Shown one piece after another: positions 1 through 8,230 of a stretch of DNA of 50,184 bases. A program made the translations under genes and the position numbers. Location: positions 1 through 50,184 of the forward strand of contig JBGPXY010000002.1 of assembly GCA_041492985.1 (NCBI GenBank). The letters run 5' to 3'. The stretch's first letter is position 1; each line of letters opens with the position of its first letter. Origin of the DNA: Candidatus Eiseniibacteriota bacterium. GTDB lineage: Bacteria > Eisenbacteria > RBG-16-71-46. The notes under the pieces are model-generated. The model saw only the letters and a list, made by a program, of their open reading frames with translations. It did not search any database and was not told the DNA's origin.

Positions 1-698
1 CGGGCATCGGCATGGACCTCGCGCGGATCTCGGACTCATCCCGCCACGCGACCACCAAGACCGCCGCGATCTCGGCCGAGGTCATGGATCGACTGCTGGG
101 CACGCTCGCGATGGCCAGCCTGGCGCTCGTGACCACCCTGCCGGCAATCGACCGCTTCCACCTGACGCTCGTCTACCTGGCGGTGGTCGGGTTCTTCGGC
201 GTGAGCGTCACGCTGGTGTGGGCGGTGTTCCATCCGGCCCTGCTGCCCGCCTGCGAGCGGCTGCTGGCGCGCGTCGGCTTCGGGGGCTTGAGCCCTCACC
301 TCGACGACCTGGCGGTGCGGATCGAGGGATACCGCGCCCGCCGCGGGCTGTTCGCCGGTCTCTTCGCGGTCGCCGCGCTCACGCAGATCTCGCGCATCGG
401 CGTTCACGCGCTGGTGGCGCGAGCGCTGGGCCTCCAGGTGCCGTTCGTCTACTTCTTCCTTTTCGTGCCGTTGCTCGCGGTGATAGTCTCGCTGCCTATC
501 TCATTCAACGGCATCGGGGTGCGTGAAGGGGCCGGAATCGTCCTGTTCGGCCTGGTGGGGGTGGACCGGGCGCACGCGTTCTCCCTTCAGTTCCTCACCT
601 ACCTGGTGATGGTGGCCGTGAGCATGCTCGGTGGTCTGGTGTTCCTGGTGCGCATCCCGCGGCGCCGGGCGAAGGCCCGGCAACTGAAGGAGGGTTGA
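1..698 (+). CDS. flippase-like integral membrane protein, LPG_synthase_TM/UPF0104 family (5' end outside window)
   Basis: The frame is open from the window edge; the first listed Met at 12 is probably internal. The protein is multi-TM and rich in Leu/Val/Gly/Ala. The motif SLPISFNGIGVREGAGIVLFGLVGV is typical of this family. The TGA stop at 696-698 abuts the next start. Confidence 0.6.
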   Translation, partial: GIGMDLARISDSSRHATTKTAAISAEVMDRLLGTLAMASLALVTTLPAIDRFHLTLVYLAVVGFFGVSVTLVWAVFHPALLPACERLLARVGFGGLSPHLDDLAVRIEGYRARRGLFAGLFAVAALTQISRIGVHALVARALGLQVPFVYFFLFVPLLAVIVSLPISFNGIGVREGAGIVLFGLVGVDRAHAFSLQFLTYLVMVAVSMLGGLVFLVRIPRRRAKARQLKEG

Positions 699-3304
699 TG
701 GATCTGACCAAGCGCGCCGCCCTCGGGGTGAGCCTGGTCGTCTTCTTCATCGCCGCCGCCGTCTACTTCATCACCCTCACGCCCACCGTCCCGTTCTGGG
801 ACTCCGGCGAGTTCATCGCCGTCTCCTACATCCTCGGCATCCCGCACCCGCCTGGCACGCCGTTCTACGTCCTGCTCGGGCGCATCGCCACCATGGTGCC
901 TTGGGCCACGGTCGCCCAGCGCGTGAACGGACTCTCCGCGCTGGCCGCCGCCCTCGCCGTCCTGCTCACCTACCTCACCGGGCTCAAGCTCATCCACCTG
1001 GCGCAGGGGCCGGAGCGGCGGCGCTCCGACGAATGGATCGCCGTGGCGGGCGCCTTCGCCGGCGCGCTGCTGCTCGCCTTCTCGGACTCGTTCTGGGAGA
1101 ACTCGATCGAGGCCGAGGTCTATTCGCTCATGAGCCTGGCGCAGATCCTGGTGTTCTGGCTGGGGCTCAACTGGTGGGAGGCCCACGAGAAGCGGCCGAC
1201 GGCGGGGCCGCTGCTGGTGGCCGTCTACGTCATGTGGCTGTGCGTTGGGCTCCACTTGGGCGTGGGCATCATGGGGCTGCCGCTCATCCTGCTGGTGTGG
1301 CTCGTGGACCGGCGCGCGGCACTCGTGTTCGCGATGCCGTTCCTCTCGGTGCTGTTCGTCACCGCGGGGCTCGAGAAGATGGCCGGCGTGGTGCTGGCGC
1401 TCTCGATGCTCGTGTTCCTGGGGATGACGATCCGCAAGCAGATGAACGGATGGGTGTGGCTGGCCTGCTTCGCCGCCTCCCTCTACGGCATGTACTTCGC
1501 CTACGGCGACCGCGAGTTCACGCTCGCCTCCGCCCTGGTCTCGCTGGCGGCACTGCTGGTGCCGCTGGGATTGCTGGCCTGGCGCCACCGCGAGGGGAGG
1601 ATCCTGGCGCTCGCCCTGTTCCTCATGGTCGCCGGCTATTCGACCCACGCCTATCTGCCGATCCGGGCGGCCCAGCATCCCGGGATCAACGAGGGGGCGC
1701 CGGCCACCTGGGACAAGCTGCGCGACCTGCTCGAGCGCAAGCAGTACGGCGAGATGAAGCCGTTCGAGCGCCGTGCCCCGCTGTCGGTGCAGCTCGACAA
1801 GGAGTTCTGGCGCTACTTCAGCCGCCAGTGGCCGCTGTTCCCCACCACGCGGCTGTGGGGCGCGCTGCTGCCCCTGCTACTGGGCGTGGCGGGCGGGATC
1901 TGGCAGGCGCGGCGTGATCGAACATCATTCCTCGTGACCGGCTGCTTCCTCGGGCTCACCACCGCGGGCATGATCGCCTTCCTCAACTTCACCGATCATG
2001 AGGTCCGCGAGCGCGACTACTTCTTCCAGAGCGGCTTCCATGCGTACGCCCTGTGGATCGCGCTCGGCGCCGCCTGGCTCGTGACCTGGGTGCGCGACTC
2101 GTTCGCGGTCGGCCGGGCTCAGGTCGCGGTCACCGCGGCGTGCGCCGCGCTCATGGTCGCCCAGCCGTTCCTGCTCATGAAGAATCTCTGGTTCACCCAC
2201 GACCGGCGCGGGAACTACGTGGCGCACGATTACGCGTACAACATGCTCGCGCCGCTGGCCCCGAACGCGTTCGTGTTCACCAACGGCGACAACGACACCT
2301 TCCCGCTCTGGTACATGCAGCAGGTGGAGGGGGTGCGCAAGGACGTGCGCGTGGTGAACCTGAGCCTGCTCAACACCGACTGGTACATCCGGCAGCTGCG
2401 CGACGAGGAACCCAAGGTCCCGATCCAGCTCGACGACGCGACCGTGGACATGCTCGGGGTGGGATTGCTGCGCGACCACACCACCGGCGAGTACATCTAC
2501 ACCAGCCACTTCATGGTCGATCACATCATGCAGCAGGACCGCCTCCCTGGCGGATGGAAGAAGCCGCCCTACTTCGCGGTCACCGTGCCCGAGCACATGG
2601 GGCTCGACAAGTACTTCACGCTCGAGGGCCTGGTGTACCGCGTCAATCCCGACACGCTCGGCCCCAAGTTCGACGAGCCGGCCACCCGCCGGGCGATGTA
2701 CGAGACGTTCAAGTACCGGGGGCTGTTCACCGCCGACGGTTCCTGGGACAGCTCGGTCTACAAGGACGAGAACGCCTCGACCCTGTCGCGCAACTACGCC
2801 GCAGCCCATCTCGAGCTGGCCTACCACTACCGCCGCACGGGCCAGCTGCCCTCGGCGATCGTCGAGATGGAGCGCGTCGAGCGCATGTTCCCGGGCTACG
2901 TGGACGTGCAGCTGCCGCTCGGCAGCTTCTACGTGGAAGCGGGCGACACCGCCAAGGCGATCCGGCTGTTCTCCAACCTCGCGAAGCTGCATCCCGAGGA
3001 CGCCGAGGTCCGCTACTACAATGGCGTCTCGTTCCTCTTCCTGCACCGGTCCGACGAGGCATTGAAGGAGTTCGAGGCGGCGATCCGGATCGACCCGGAG
3101 TACACCTACCCGTACCTGGCCGCCTACAGCGTGCTGTGGGAAGGCGGGCAGCACGAGCGTGCGCTCCAGATCCTCGAGCAGTGGATCAGCCGCCACCCGG
3201 AGGACCCGCAGGCGCGCGCCCTGCTCGAGGGACGCCGCCGGGAGATGGGGATGAATCCCGGGCGGACCCAGGCGCCGCCCCCGTCGATGCCGAACCTGCC
3301 GTAG
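698..3304 (+). CDS. DUF2723/TMEM260-like GT-C membrane glycosyltransferase with C-terminal TPR repeats
   Basis: The N-terminal hallmark is TPTVPFWDSGEFIAVSYILGIPHPPGTPFYVLLGR. Many TM helices are followed by a soluble domain and TPR-like repeats (AEVRYYNGVSFLFLHRSDEALKEFEAAIRIDPEY...). ATG 698 lies 4 nt after AGGAGG (688-693). The ORF track starts at TTG 695. Confidence 0.8.
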   Translation: MDLTKRAALGVSLVVFFIAAAVYFITLTPTVPFWDSGEFIAVSYILGIPHPPGTPFYVLLGRIATMVPWATVAQRVNGLSALAAALAVLLTYLTGLKLIHLAQGPERRRSDEWIAVAGAFAGALLLAFSDSFWENSIEAEVYSLMSLAQILVFWLGLNWWEAHEKRPTAGPLLVAVYVMWLCVGLHLGVGIMGLPLILLVWLVDRRAALVFAMPFLSVLFVTAGLEKMAGVVLALSMLVFLGMTIRKQMNGWVWLACFAASLYGMYFAYGDREFTLASALVSLAALLVPLGLLAWRHREGRILALALFLMVAGYSTHAYLPIRAAQHPGINEGAPATWDKLRDLLERKQYGEMKPFERRAPLSVQLDKEFWRYFSRQWPLFPTTRLWGALLPLLLGVAGGIWQARRDRTSFLVTGCFLGLTTAGMIAFLNFTDHEVRERDYFFQSGFHAYALWIALGAAWLVTWVRDSFAVGRAQVAVTAACAALMVAQPFLLMKNLWFTHDRRGNYVAHDYAYNMLAPLAPNAFVFTNGDNDTFPLWYMQQVEGVRKDVRVVNLSLLNTDWYIRQLRDEEPKVPIQLDDATVDMLGVGLLRDHTTGEYIYTSHFMVDHIMQQDRLPGGWKKPPYFAVTVPEHMGLDKYFTLEGLVYRVNPDTLGPKFDEPATRRAMYETFKYRGLFTADGSWDSSVYKDENASTLSRNYAAAHLELAYHYRRTGQLPSAIVEMERVERMFPGYVDVQLPLGSFYVEAGDTAKAIRLFSNLAKLHPEDAEVRYYNGVSFLFLHRSDEALKEFEAAIRIDPEYTYPYLAAYSVLWEGGQHERALQILEQWISRHPEDPQARALLEGRRREMGMNPGRTQAPPPSMPNLP

Positions 3305-3315
3305 GGGAGGCCCAC

Positions 3316-4281
3316 GTGGCCGAGGGGTCGTCACCGCACGCGCTGGTCACCGGAGCGGCCGGATTCATCGGCTCGCACCTGGTCGATCGTCTGCTCGCCT
3401 CGGGGGCCAGCGTCACCGGGGTCGACTGCTTCACGGACTACTACGATCCGGCGCTCAAGCGCGCCAACATCGCCGGGGCGCTCGCTCATCCGCGATTCCG
3501 CCTGCTCGACCTGGACCTGGGCGCGGCCGACCTCTCGGTGCTCCCGGCGGTGCGGGTGGTGTTCCACCAGGCGGCCCAGGCCGGGGTGCGGGCATCGTGG
3601 GGCGCCGATTTCGCCGCCTACCTCCACCACAACGTCCTCGCCACGCAACGCCTGCTCGAGCGATACAAGGCCGCGGGGCTCGAGCGCTTCGTTTTCGCGT
3701 CCTCCTCGTCGGTCTACGGCGACGCCGAGCGCTACCCGACCGATGAGGGCATGCTGCCGCGTCCGTTCTCGCCCTACGGCGTCACCAAGCTCGCGGGCGA
3801 ACACCTCACCCTTCTCTACGGGCGCAACTTCGGCGTGCCGGTGGTGGCGTTGCGGTACTTCACCGTCTATGGTCCCCGCCAACGCCCGGACATGGCGTTT
3901 CATCGCTTCTGCCGGGCGATGCTCGCCGGCGAACCGATCACGGTGTTCGGCGACGGCAAGCAGACACGTGACTTCACGTTCATCGACGACGCCATCGAGG
4001 GCAACATGCGCGCGTGGACGAAGAGCGCGCCGCAGGGGGTCTACAACGTGGGCGGTGGGGCGCAGGTCGACGTGCTGGAGGCGATCGGCATCCTGGAGCG
4101 GGCCCTGGGGGTGAAGGGGATCCTGCGCTTCGAGCCGCGACCACCCGGCGATCCGTTGCGGACGTGCGCCGACGCCTCGCGCATTCGGGCGGATCTGGGG
4201 TTCGTCCCGGGCACCGGGATCGAGCAGGGTCTCGCGGCCGAGGCCGAGTGGGCACGCGGACTCTACGCACGGAGGGGATGA
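3316..4281 (+). CDS. NAD-dependent nucleotide-sugar epimerase/dehydratase (extended SDR)
   Basis: Rossmann motif LVTGAAGFIGSHLVDRLL and catalytic YxxxK (SPYGVTKLAGE). GTG 3316 follows GGGAGG at 3305-3310. The longer ORF from 2053 is an overlap-frame artefact. Confidence 0.85.
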   Translation: MAEGSSPHALVTGAAGFIGSHLVDRLLASGASVTGVDCFTDYYDPALKRANIAGALAHPRFRLLDLDLGAADLSVLPAVRVVFHQAAQAGVRASWGADFAAYLHHNVLATQRLLERYKAAGLERFVFASSSSVYGDAERYPTDEGMLPRPFSPYGVTKLAGEHLTLLYGRNFGVPVVALRYFTVYGPRQRPDMAFHRFCRAMLAGEPITVFGDGKQTRDFTFIDDAIEGNMRAWTKSAPQGVYNVGGGAQVDVLEAIGILERALGVKGILRFEPRPPGDPLRTCADASRIRADLGFVPGTGIEQGLAAEAEWARGLYARRG

Positions 4282-4333
4282 TGGATCGACGGCCGCGGCG
4301 CGTGATCGGACGGACTCACCGGGAGCCCGGAGC

Positions 4334-5275
4334 GTGAGCGAGCGCCCGCAGATCTCGGTGGTGATCCCGGCCCTCAACGAGGCCGAGAGCCTGCCCGAGC
4401 TGCACCGCGAGCTGGCGACCGCCCTCGAGGGGCTCGGCCGATCCTGGGAGGTCCTCTACGTCGACGACGGTTCGCGCGACGGCACCGACGAGGTGATGGC
4501 GCGCCTCGCCGCCGCCGATCCGCGTGTCCGCGGGGCGGTGCTGCGGCGCAACTTCGGCAAGTCGGCCGCGCTCGCGACCGGATTCCGTCTCGCGCGCGGC
4601 GAGTGGATCGCGACCATGGACGCCGATCTGCAGGACGATCCCACCGAGCTGCCGCGGCTGGTCGCGGCCCTCGAAGGCGGGCTCGACCTGGTCTCGGGCT
4701 GGAAGCAGGACCGCAAGGATCCGATCACCAAGACGCTCCCCTCGCGGCTCTTCAACGCCGTCACCTCCTCCGTGGCCGGGCTCAAGCTCCACGACTTCAA
4801 CTGCGGCTTCAAGCTCTACCGCCGCGAGGTGACCGAGGCGATCGAGGTCTACGGCGAGTTTCACCGGTTCATGCCCGCGCTCGCGCACTGGCGCGGATTC
4901 CGCGTCGGCGAGGTGCCGGTGCGACATCGCGCGCGCCGCTTCGGCCGGAGCAAGTTTGGCGCGGCCCGCTTCATCAACGGGTTCCTCGACCTGCTCGCGG
5001 CCGCGTTCATCTCGACTTCGGCGCTCAAGCCTCTGCACGTGTTCGGACGCGTCGGGCTGCTGTTCCTCGGCATCGGCGTCGTCATCGGCGCCTGGTTCGT
5101 GGCGCAGTGGGTCGGGGGCGAACCCATGCGTGTCCGCCCGCTCATGCTGCTGGGCGTGGGGCTGGTGCTGCTCGGCATCCAATTCGTGCTCATGGGCCTG
5201 CTGGGCGAGATGATCGCGCACCAGGGCGCGCGCGCCGAGTACCCGGTGCGGCGGCGCTTCAACCTGGACGCGTGA
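4334..5275 (+). CDS. GT2 polyprenyl-phosphate glycosyltransferase (GtrB/ArnC/CsbB-like) with two C-terminal TM helices
   Basis: ISVVIPALNEAESLPEL and YVDDGSRDGT motifs with a DADLQDDP (DxD) motif. The C-terminal hydrophobic pair is GLLFLGIGVVIGAWF and LLGVGLVLLGIQFVLMGLLGE. GTG start follows GGGAG. Confidence 0.85.
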   Translation: MSERPQISVVIPALNEAESLPELHRELATALEGLGRSWEVLYVDDGSRDGTDEVMARLAAADPRVRGAVLRRNFGKSAALATGFRLARGEWIATMDADLQDDPTELPRLVAALEGGLDLVSGWKQDRKDPITKTLPSRLFNAVTSSVAGLKLHDFNCGFKLYRREVTEAIEVYGEFHRFMPALAHWRGFRVGEVPVRHRARRFGRSKFGAARFINGFLDLLAAAFISTSALKPLHVFGRVGLLFLGIGVVIGAWFVAQWVGGEPMRVRPLMLLGVGLVLLGIQFVLMGLLGEMIAHQGARAEYPVRRRFNLDA

Positions 5276-5973
5276 GCGTGAGGGCCTTCGTGCTCGCAGG
5301 CGGGATGGGGTCGCGCCTCAAGTCCAGATTCGGTGACCTGCCCAAGCCGCTGGCGCCGCTCGGCGGCCGCCCGCTGCTCGAGCGTCAGCTCGAATGGCTC
5401 GCCGGTCACGGCGTGCGCGACGTGGTGTTGTGCGTGGGCTACGGGGCGGACCAGGTGCGCGCGACCCTCGGCGACGGCGCACGGCTCGGCGTGCGGCTCC
5501 GCTACTCGGCCGAAGACGAGCCGCTCGGCACCGCCGGAGCGCTGCGCCTGGCGCGAGGACATCTCGACGGGCCGGCGCTGGTCCTCAACGGCGACACCCT
5601 GACGCCGTGCGTTCCCTGGGCGCTGGAGCGCGCGCGCTGGGAGACCGGCGCGCTGGGCGCGGTGGCGCTGTTCCGGGTCGCCGACGCCGCCTCGCGCGGG
5701 CGGGTGGAGCGTGGTCCCGGCGGCCGCATCGCCCGCTTCCTCGAGAAGGATGACGCGCATCGAGGTCCGGCGTGGGTGAACGGCGGGCTCTACGCGTTCG
5801 CCGCGCGCATGTGGCGCTACATCCCGGACCGCGGCCCCTCGTCGCTGGAACGCGACGTGCTGCCGCGGCTCGCCGAGGAAGGGCGGTTGCAGGGGGTCGA
5901 GGTGGCCGGGGAGTTCTGGGACATCGGCACGCCCGAGGATTGGGAGCGGGCGGAGCGGCAGTTCACGTCATGA
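5272..5973 (+). CDS. sugar-1-phosphate nucleotidyltransferase (HddC / mannose-1-P guanylyltransferase-like)
   Basis: N-terminal signature AFVLAGGMGSRLKSRFGDLPKPLAPLGGRPLLE. The GTG start overlaps the upstream stop (GTGA). GTG 5278 is an alternative start. Confidence 0.8.
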   Translation: MSVRAFVLAGGMGSRLKSRFGDLPKPLAPLGGRPLLERQLEWLAGHGVRDVVLCVGYGADQVRATLGDGARLGVRLRYSAEDEPLGTAGALRLARGHLDGPALVLNGDTLTPCVPWALERARWETGALGAVALFRVADAASRGRVERGPGGRIARFLEKDDAHRGPAWVNGGLYAFAARMWRYIPDRGPSSLERDVLPRLAEEGRLQGVEVAGEFWDIGTPEDWERAERQFTS

Positions 5974-7076
5974 GAGCCCGACCCTACTACCGCGCGCGCG
6001 CGCCGCTACGGATCTCGCTGTGCGGCGGGGGCACGGACGTCTCGCCCTACCCCGAGGAGCACGGCGGCATGGTGCTCTCGGCCACCATCAACCAGTACGC
6101 GTACGTGTCGCTGCGGCCGCGGCGCGACTCGCGGCTCACGCTCGCGAGTCTCGACTACGACATGGTGGCCAAGTACGACCATCCGCGGCGCGTGCGCTTC
6201 GATGGTCAGCTGGACCTCATCAAGGCGGTGGTGAAGGCGCTCAAGGTGCGCGGCGGCGCCGACCTGTGGACCCACTCCGACGCGCCGCCGGGCTCGGGGC
6301 TGGGCTCGTCGTCGACGATGGTCGTGGCGCTCATCGGCGGCATCAGCGCCTGGCACGGCCGCCCGCTGGCGGGCTACGACGTGGCCGAGCTGGCCTACCG
6401 GATCGAGCGCGTGGACCTGGGGCTCGCCGGCGGCCGTCAGGATCAGTACGCCGCCACCTTCGGCGGCATCAACTTCATCGAGTTCAACCGCGACTCGACC
6501 GTCGTCAACCCGCTGCGCATCCGCCCCGACGTGCTGAACGAGCTGCAGTACCGCCTCTTGCTCTGCTACATGGGCCACACGCGGCAGTCGGCGCGCATCA
6601 TCGAGCGGCAGACCGAGTCCTACCGCGAGGGCAACACCAAGGTGGTCGAGGCGCTCTCGCGCCTCAAGGCCGAGACCCTGGAGATGAAGAAGGCGCTGCT
6701 GCTCGGTGACGTGGATGCGATCGGCGAGCTGCTCCATCAGGCGTGGGAGAACAAGAAGGGGCTCGACCCCGGCATCTCGAACAGCCGGGTCGACCGGCTC
6801 TACCGCGTCGCACGCAAGGAGGGAGCACTGGGCGGCAAGATGCCGGGTGCGGGCGGCGGCGGCTACTTCCTGTTCCTCACCCGCTTCGACCGCAAGCATC
6901 GCGTCGCGGCGGCACTCGAGCGGCTGGGCGGCCAAGTGGTGCCGTTCAGCTTCGAGAACCGCGGCCTCACCACGTGGTCGGCCTCGGCGACCGCGGCGGG
7001 CGGTCGCGCGGCGCGGCCGCGCGTGACGTCGCGCGCGGCCCGGACCCGGCGCACGACCCGGACGCGTCCCGGCTGA
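5970..7076 (+). CDS. GHMP-family sugar kinase (HddA-like, D-glycero-D-manno-heptose 7-phosphate kinase-like)
   Basis: RAPLRISLCGGGTDVSPYPEEHGGMVLSATINQYAYV, GHMP motif PPGSGLGSSSTMVVAL, and GGKMPGAGGGGYFLF. ATGA overlap with the upstream gene. The last ~37 aa form an Arg/Thr/Ala-rich tail. Confidence 0.8.
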   Translation: MRARPYYRARAPLRISLCGGGTDVSPYPEEHGGMVLSATINQYAYVSLRPRRDSRLTLASLDYDMVAKYDHPRRVRFDGQLDLIKAVVKALKVRGGADLWTHSDAPPGSGLGSSSTMVVALIGGISAWHGRPLAGYDVAELAYRIERVDLGLAGGRQDQYAATFGGINFIEFNRDSTVVNPLRIRPDVLNELQYRLLLCYMGHTRQSARIIERQTESYREGNTKVVEALSRLKAETLEMKKALLLGDVDAIGELLHQAWENKKGLDPGISNSRVDRLYRVARKEGALGGKMPGAGGGGYFLFLTRFDRKHRVAAALERLGGQVVPFSFENRGLTTWSASATAAGGRAARPRVTSRAARTRRTTRTRPG

Positions 7077-8230
7077 TGCGCGTCGCGCTCGTCGGGCCGG
7101 TGCACCCCTGGCGCGGCGGCATCGCCCAGTATCTGGGACTGCTCGGCGAGTCGCTGATGTCGCGCGCCGAGGTGCGCGGCATGACCTTCACCCGCCAGTA
7201 CCCGGGCTTCCTGTTCCCGGGCGAGAGTCAGCGCGACCCCGCGGCCGAGCCCCCGCGCTTCCCGGTGAGCGCGACACTCGACTCGATCGGTCCCTGGAGC
7301 TGGCGCGCGACCGCGCGCGCGCTCGAGGCGTTCGCTCCCGGGCTCGTGATCCTCAAGTGGTGGCTCCCGTTCTTCGGCCCCGCCTTCGCCTCGGCCGTCG
7401 GTCCGTTGCGGGGCCGTGGCACCCGGGTCATGCTGGTATGCGACAATCTCGTCCCGCACGAGCGGCGTCCCTTCGACCTGGCGTTCACGCGCTGGATGCT
7501 GCGCAACTCGGACGGCTACCTGGTGATGTCCGAGAGCGTCGAGCGTGATCTCGACCGGCTGAAACCCGGAGCGCCACGTCGCCGGGTGCTGCACCCGCTC
7601 TACGCCCAGTTCGATCGCGGCCGCACCACGCGCGAGGGCGCCCGCGCGCGGCTCGGCCTCGATGGGGAGGTGGCGGTGTTCTTCGGCTACGTCCGGCACT
7701 ACAAGGGACTCGACACGCTGCTCGAAGCGTGGCCCGCGGTGCGCGCCCGGCGCCCGGTCACGCTGGTGGTGGCGGGCGAGTTCTACGAGGACGCCGCACC
7801 CTACCGGGCGCTGGTCGAGAAGGCCAACGCCGGGGCGAAGGGCGCCGCACCGGTGCGGTTGCTCGATCGCTACATCCCCGACGACGAGGTCGAGGCGCTC
7901 TTCAAGGCCGCAGACGTGGTCGTGCTCCCGTATCGCTCGGCCACCCAGAGCGGCGTGACACACGTGGCGTACGCGCTCGGCGTGCCGGTCATCACCACCG
8001 ACGTGGGCGGTCTGGCCGAGACCGTGCGGCCGGGCGAGACCGGGCTGGTGGTGCCGCCGGAGGATTCGAAAGCGCTCGCCGACGCGGTCGTCCGCTACTT
8101 CGCGGAAGGGATGGGCCCGAGGCTGCGTGAGGGCGTGCGGTCGTTGCAGCGCCAGCACTCCTGGGACGTGCTGGCGGAGCGCGTGGTCGAGCTGGCGGAC
8201 GAGCTCGAGCCCGCGCGGGGATGGCGATGA
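7076..8230 (+). CDS. GT4-family (GT-B) glycosyltransferase
   Basis: The C-terminal domain pattern FFGYVRHYKGLDTLLEAW...LPYRSATQSGVTHVAYALGVPVITTDVGGLAETVRPGETGLVVPP matches the Glycos_transf_1 EX7E region. The ATG shares the A of the upstream TGA. An in-frame GTG at 6974 is an alternative start. Confidence 0.8.
   Translation: MRVALVGPVHPWRGGIAQYLGLLGESLMSRAEVRGMTFTRQYPGFLFPGESQRDPAAEPPRFPVSATLDSIGPWSWRATARALEAFAPGLVILKWWLPFFGPAFASAVGPLRGRGTRVMLVCDNLVPHERRPFDLAFTRWMLRNSDGYLVMSESVERDLDRLKPGAPRRRVLHPLYAQFDRGRTTREGARARLGLDGEVAVFFGYVRHYKGLDTLLEAWPAVRARRPVTLVVAGEFYEDAAPYRALVEKANAGAKGAAPVRLLDRYIPDDEVEALFKAADVVVLPYRSATQSGVTHVAYALGVPVITTDVGGLAETVRPGETGLVVPPEDSKALADAVVRYFAEGMGPRLREGVRSLQRQHSWDVLAERVVELADELEPARGWR

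Noticed and set aside
2053-3315. Long N-terminal extensions in the ORF track. Examples are 2053-4281, 4603-5973, 9869-11569, 14987-17305, 18156-20447, 34578-37040, 36946-39306, 38364-40697 and 39212-41509.
   Set aside because: The upstream parts overlap the preceding well-supported gene out of frame and translate to Arg/Ala/Gly-rich junk. Recognisable protein sequence begins only at the internal ATG or GTG that abuts the upstream stop codon.
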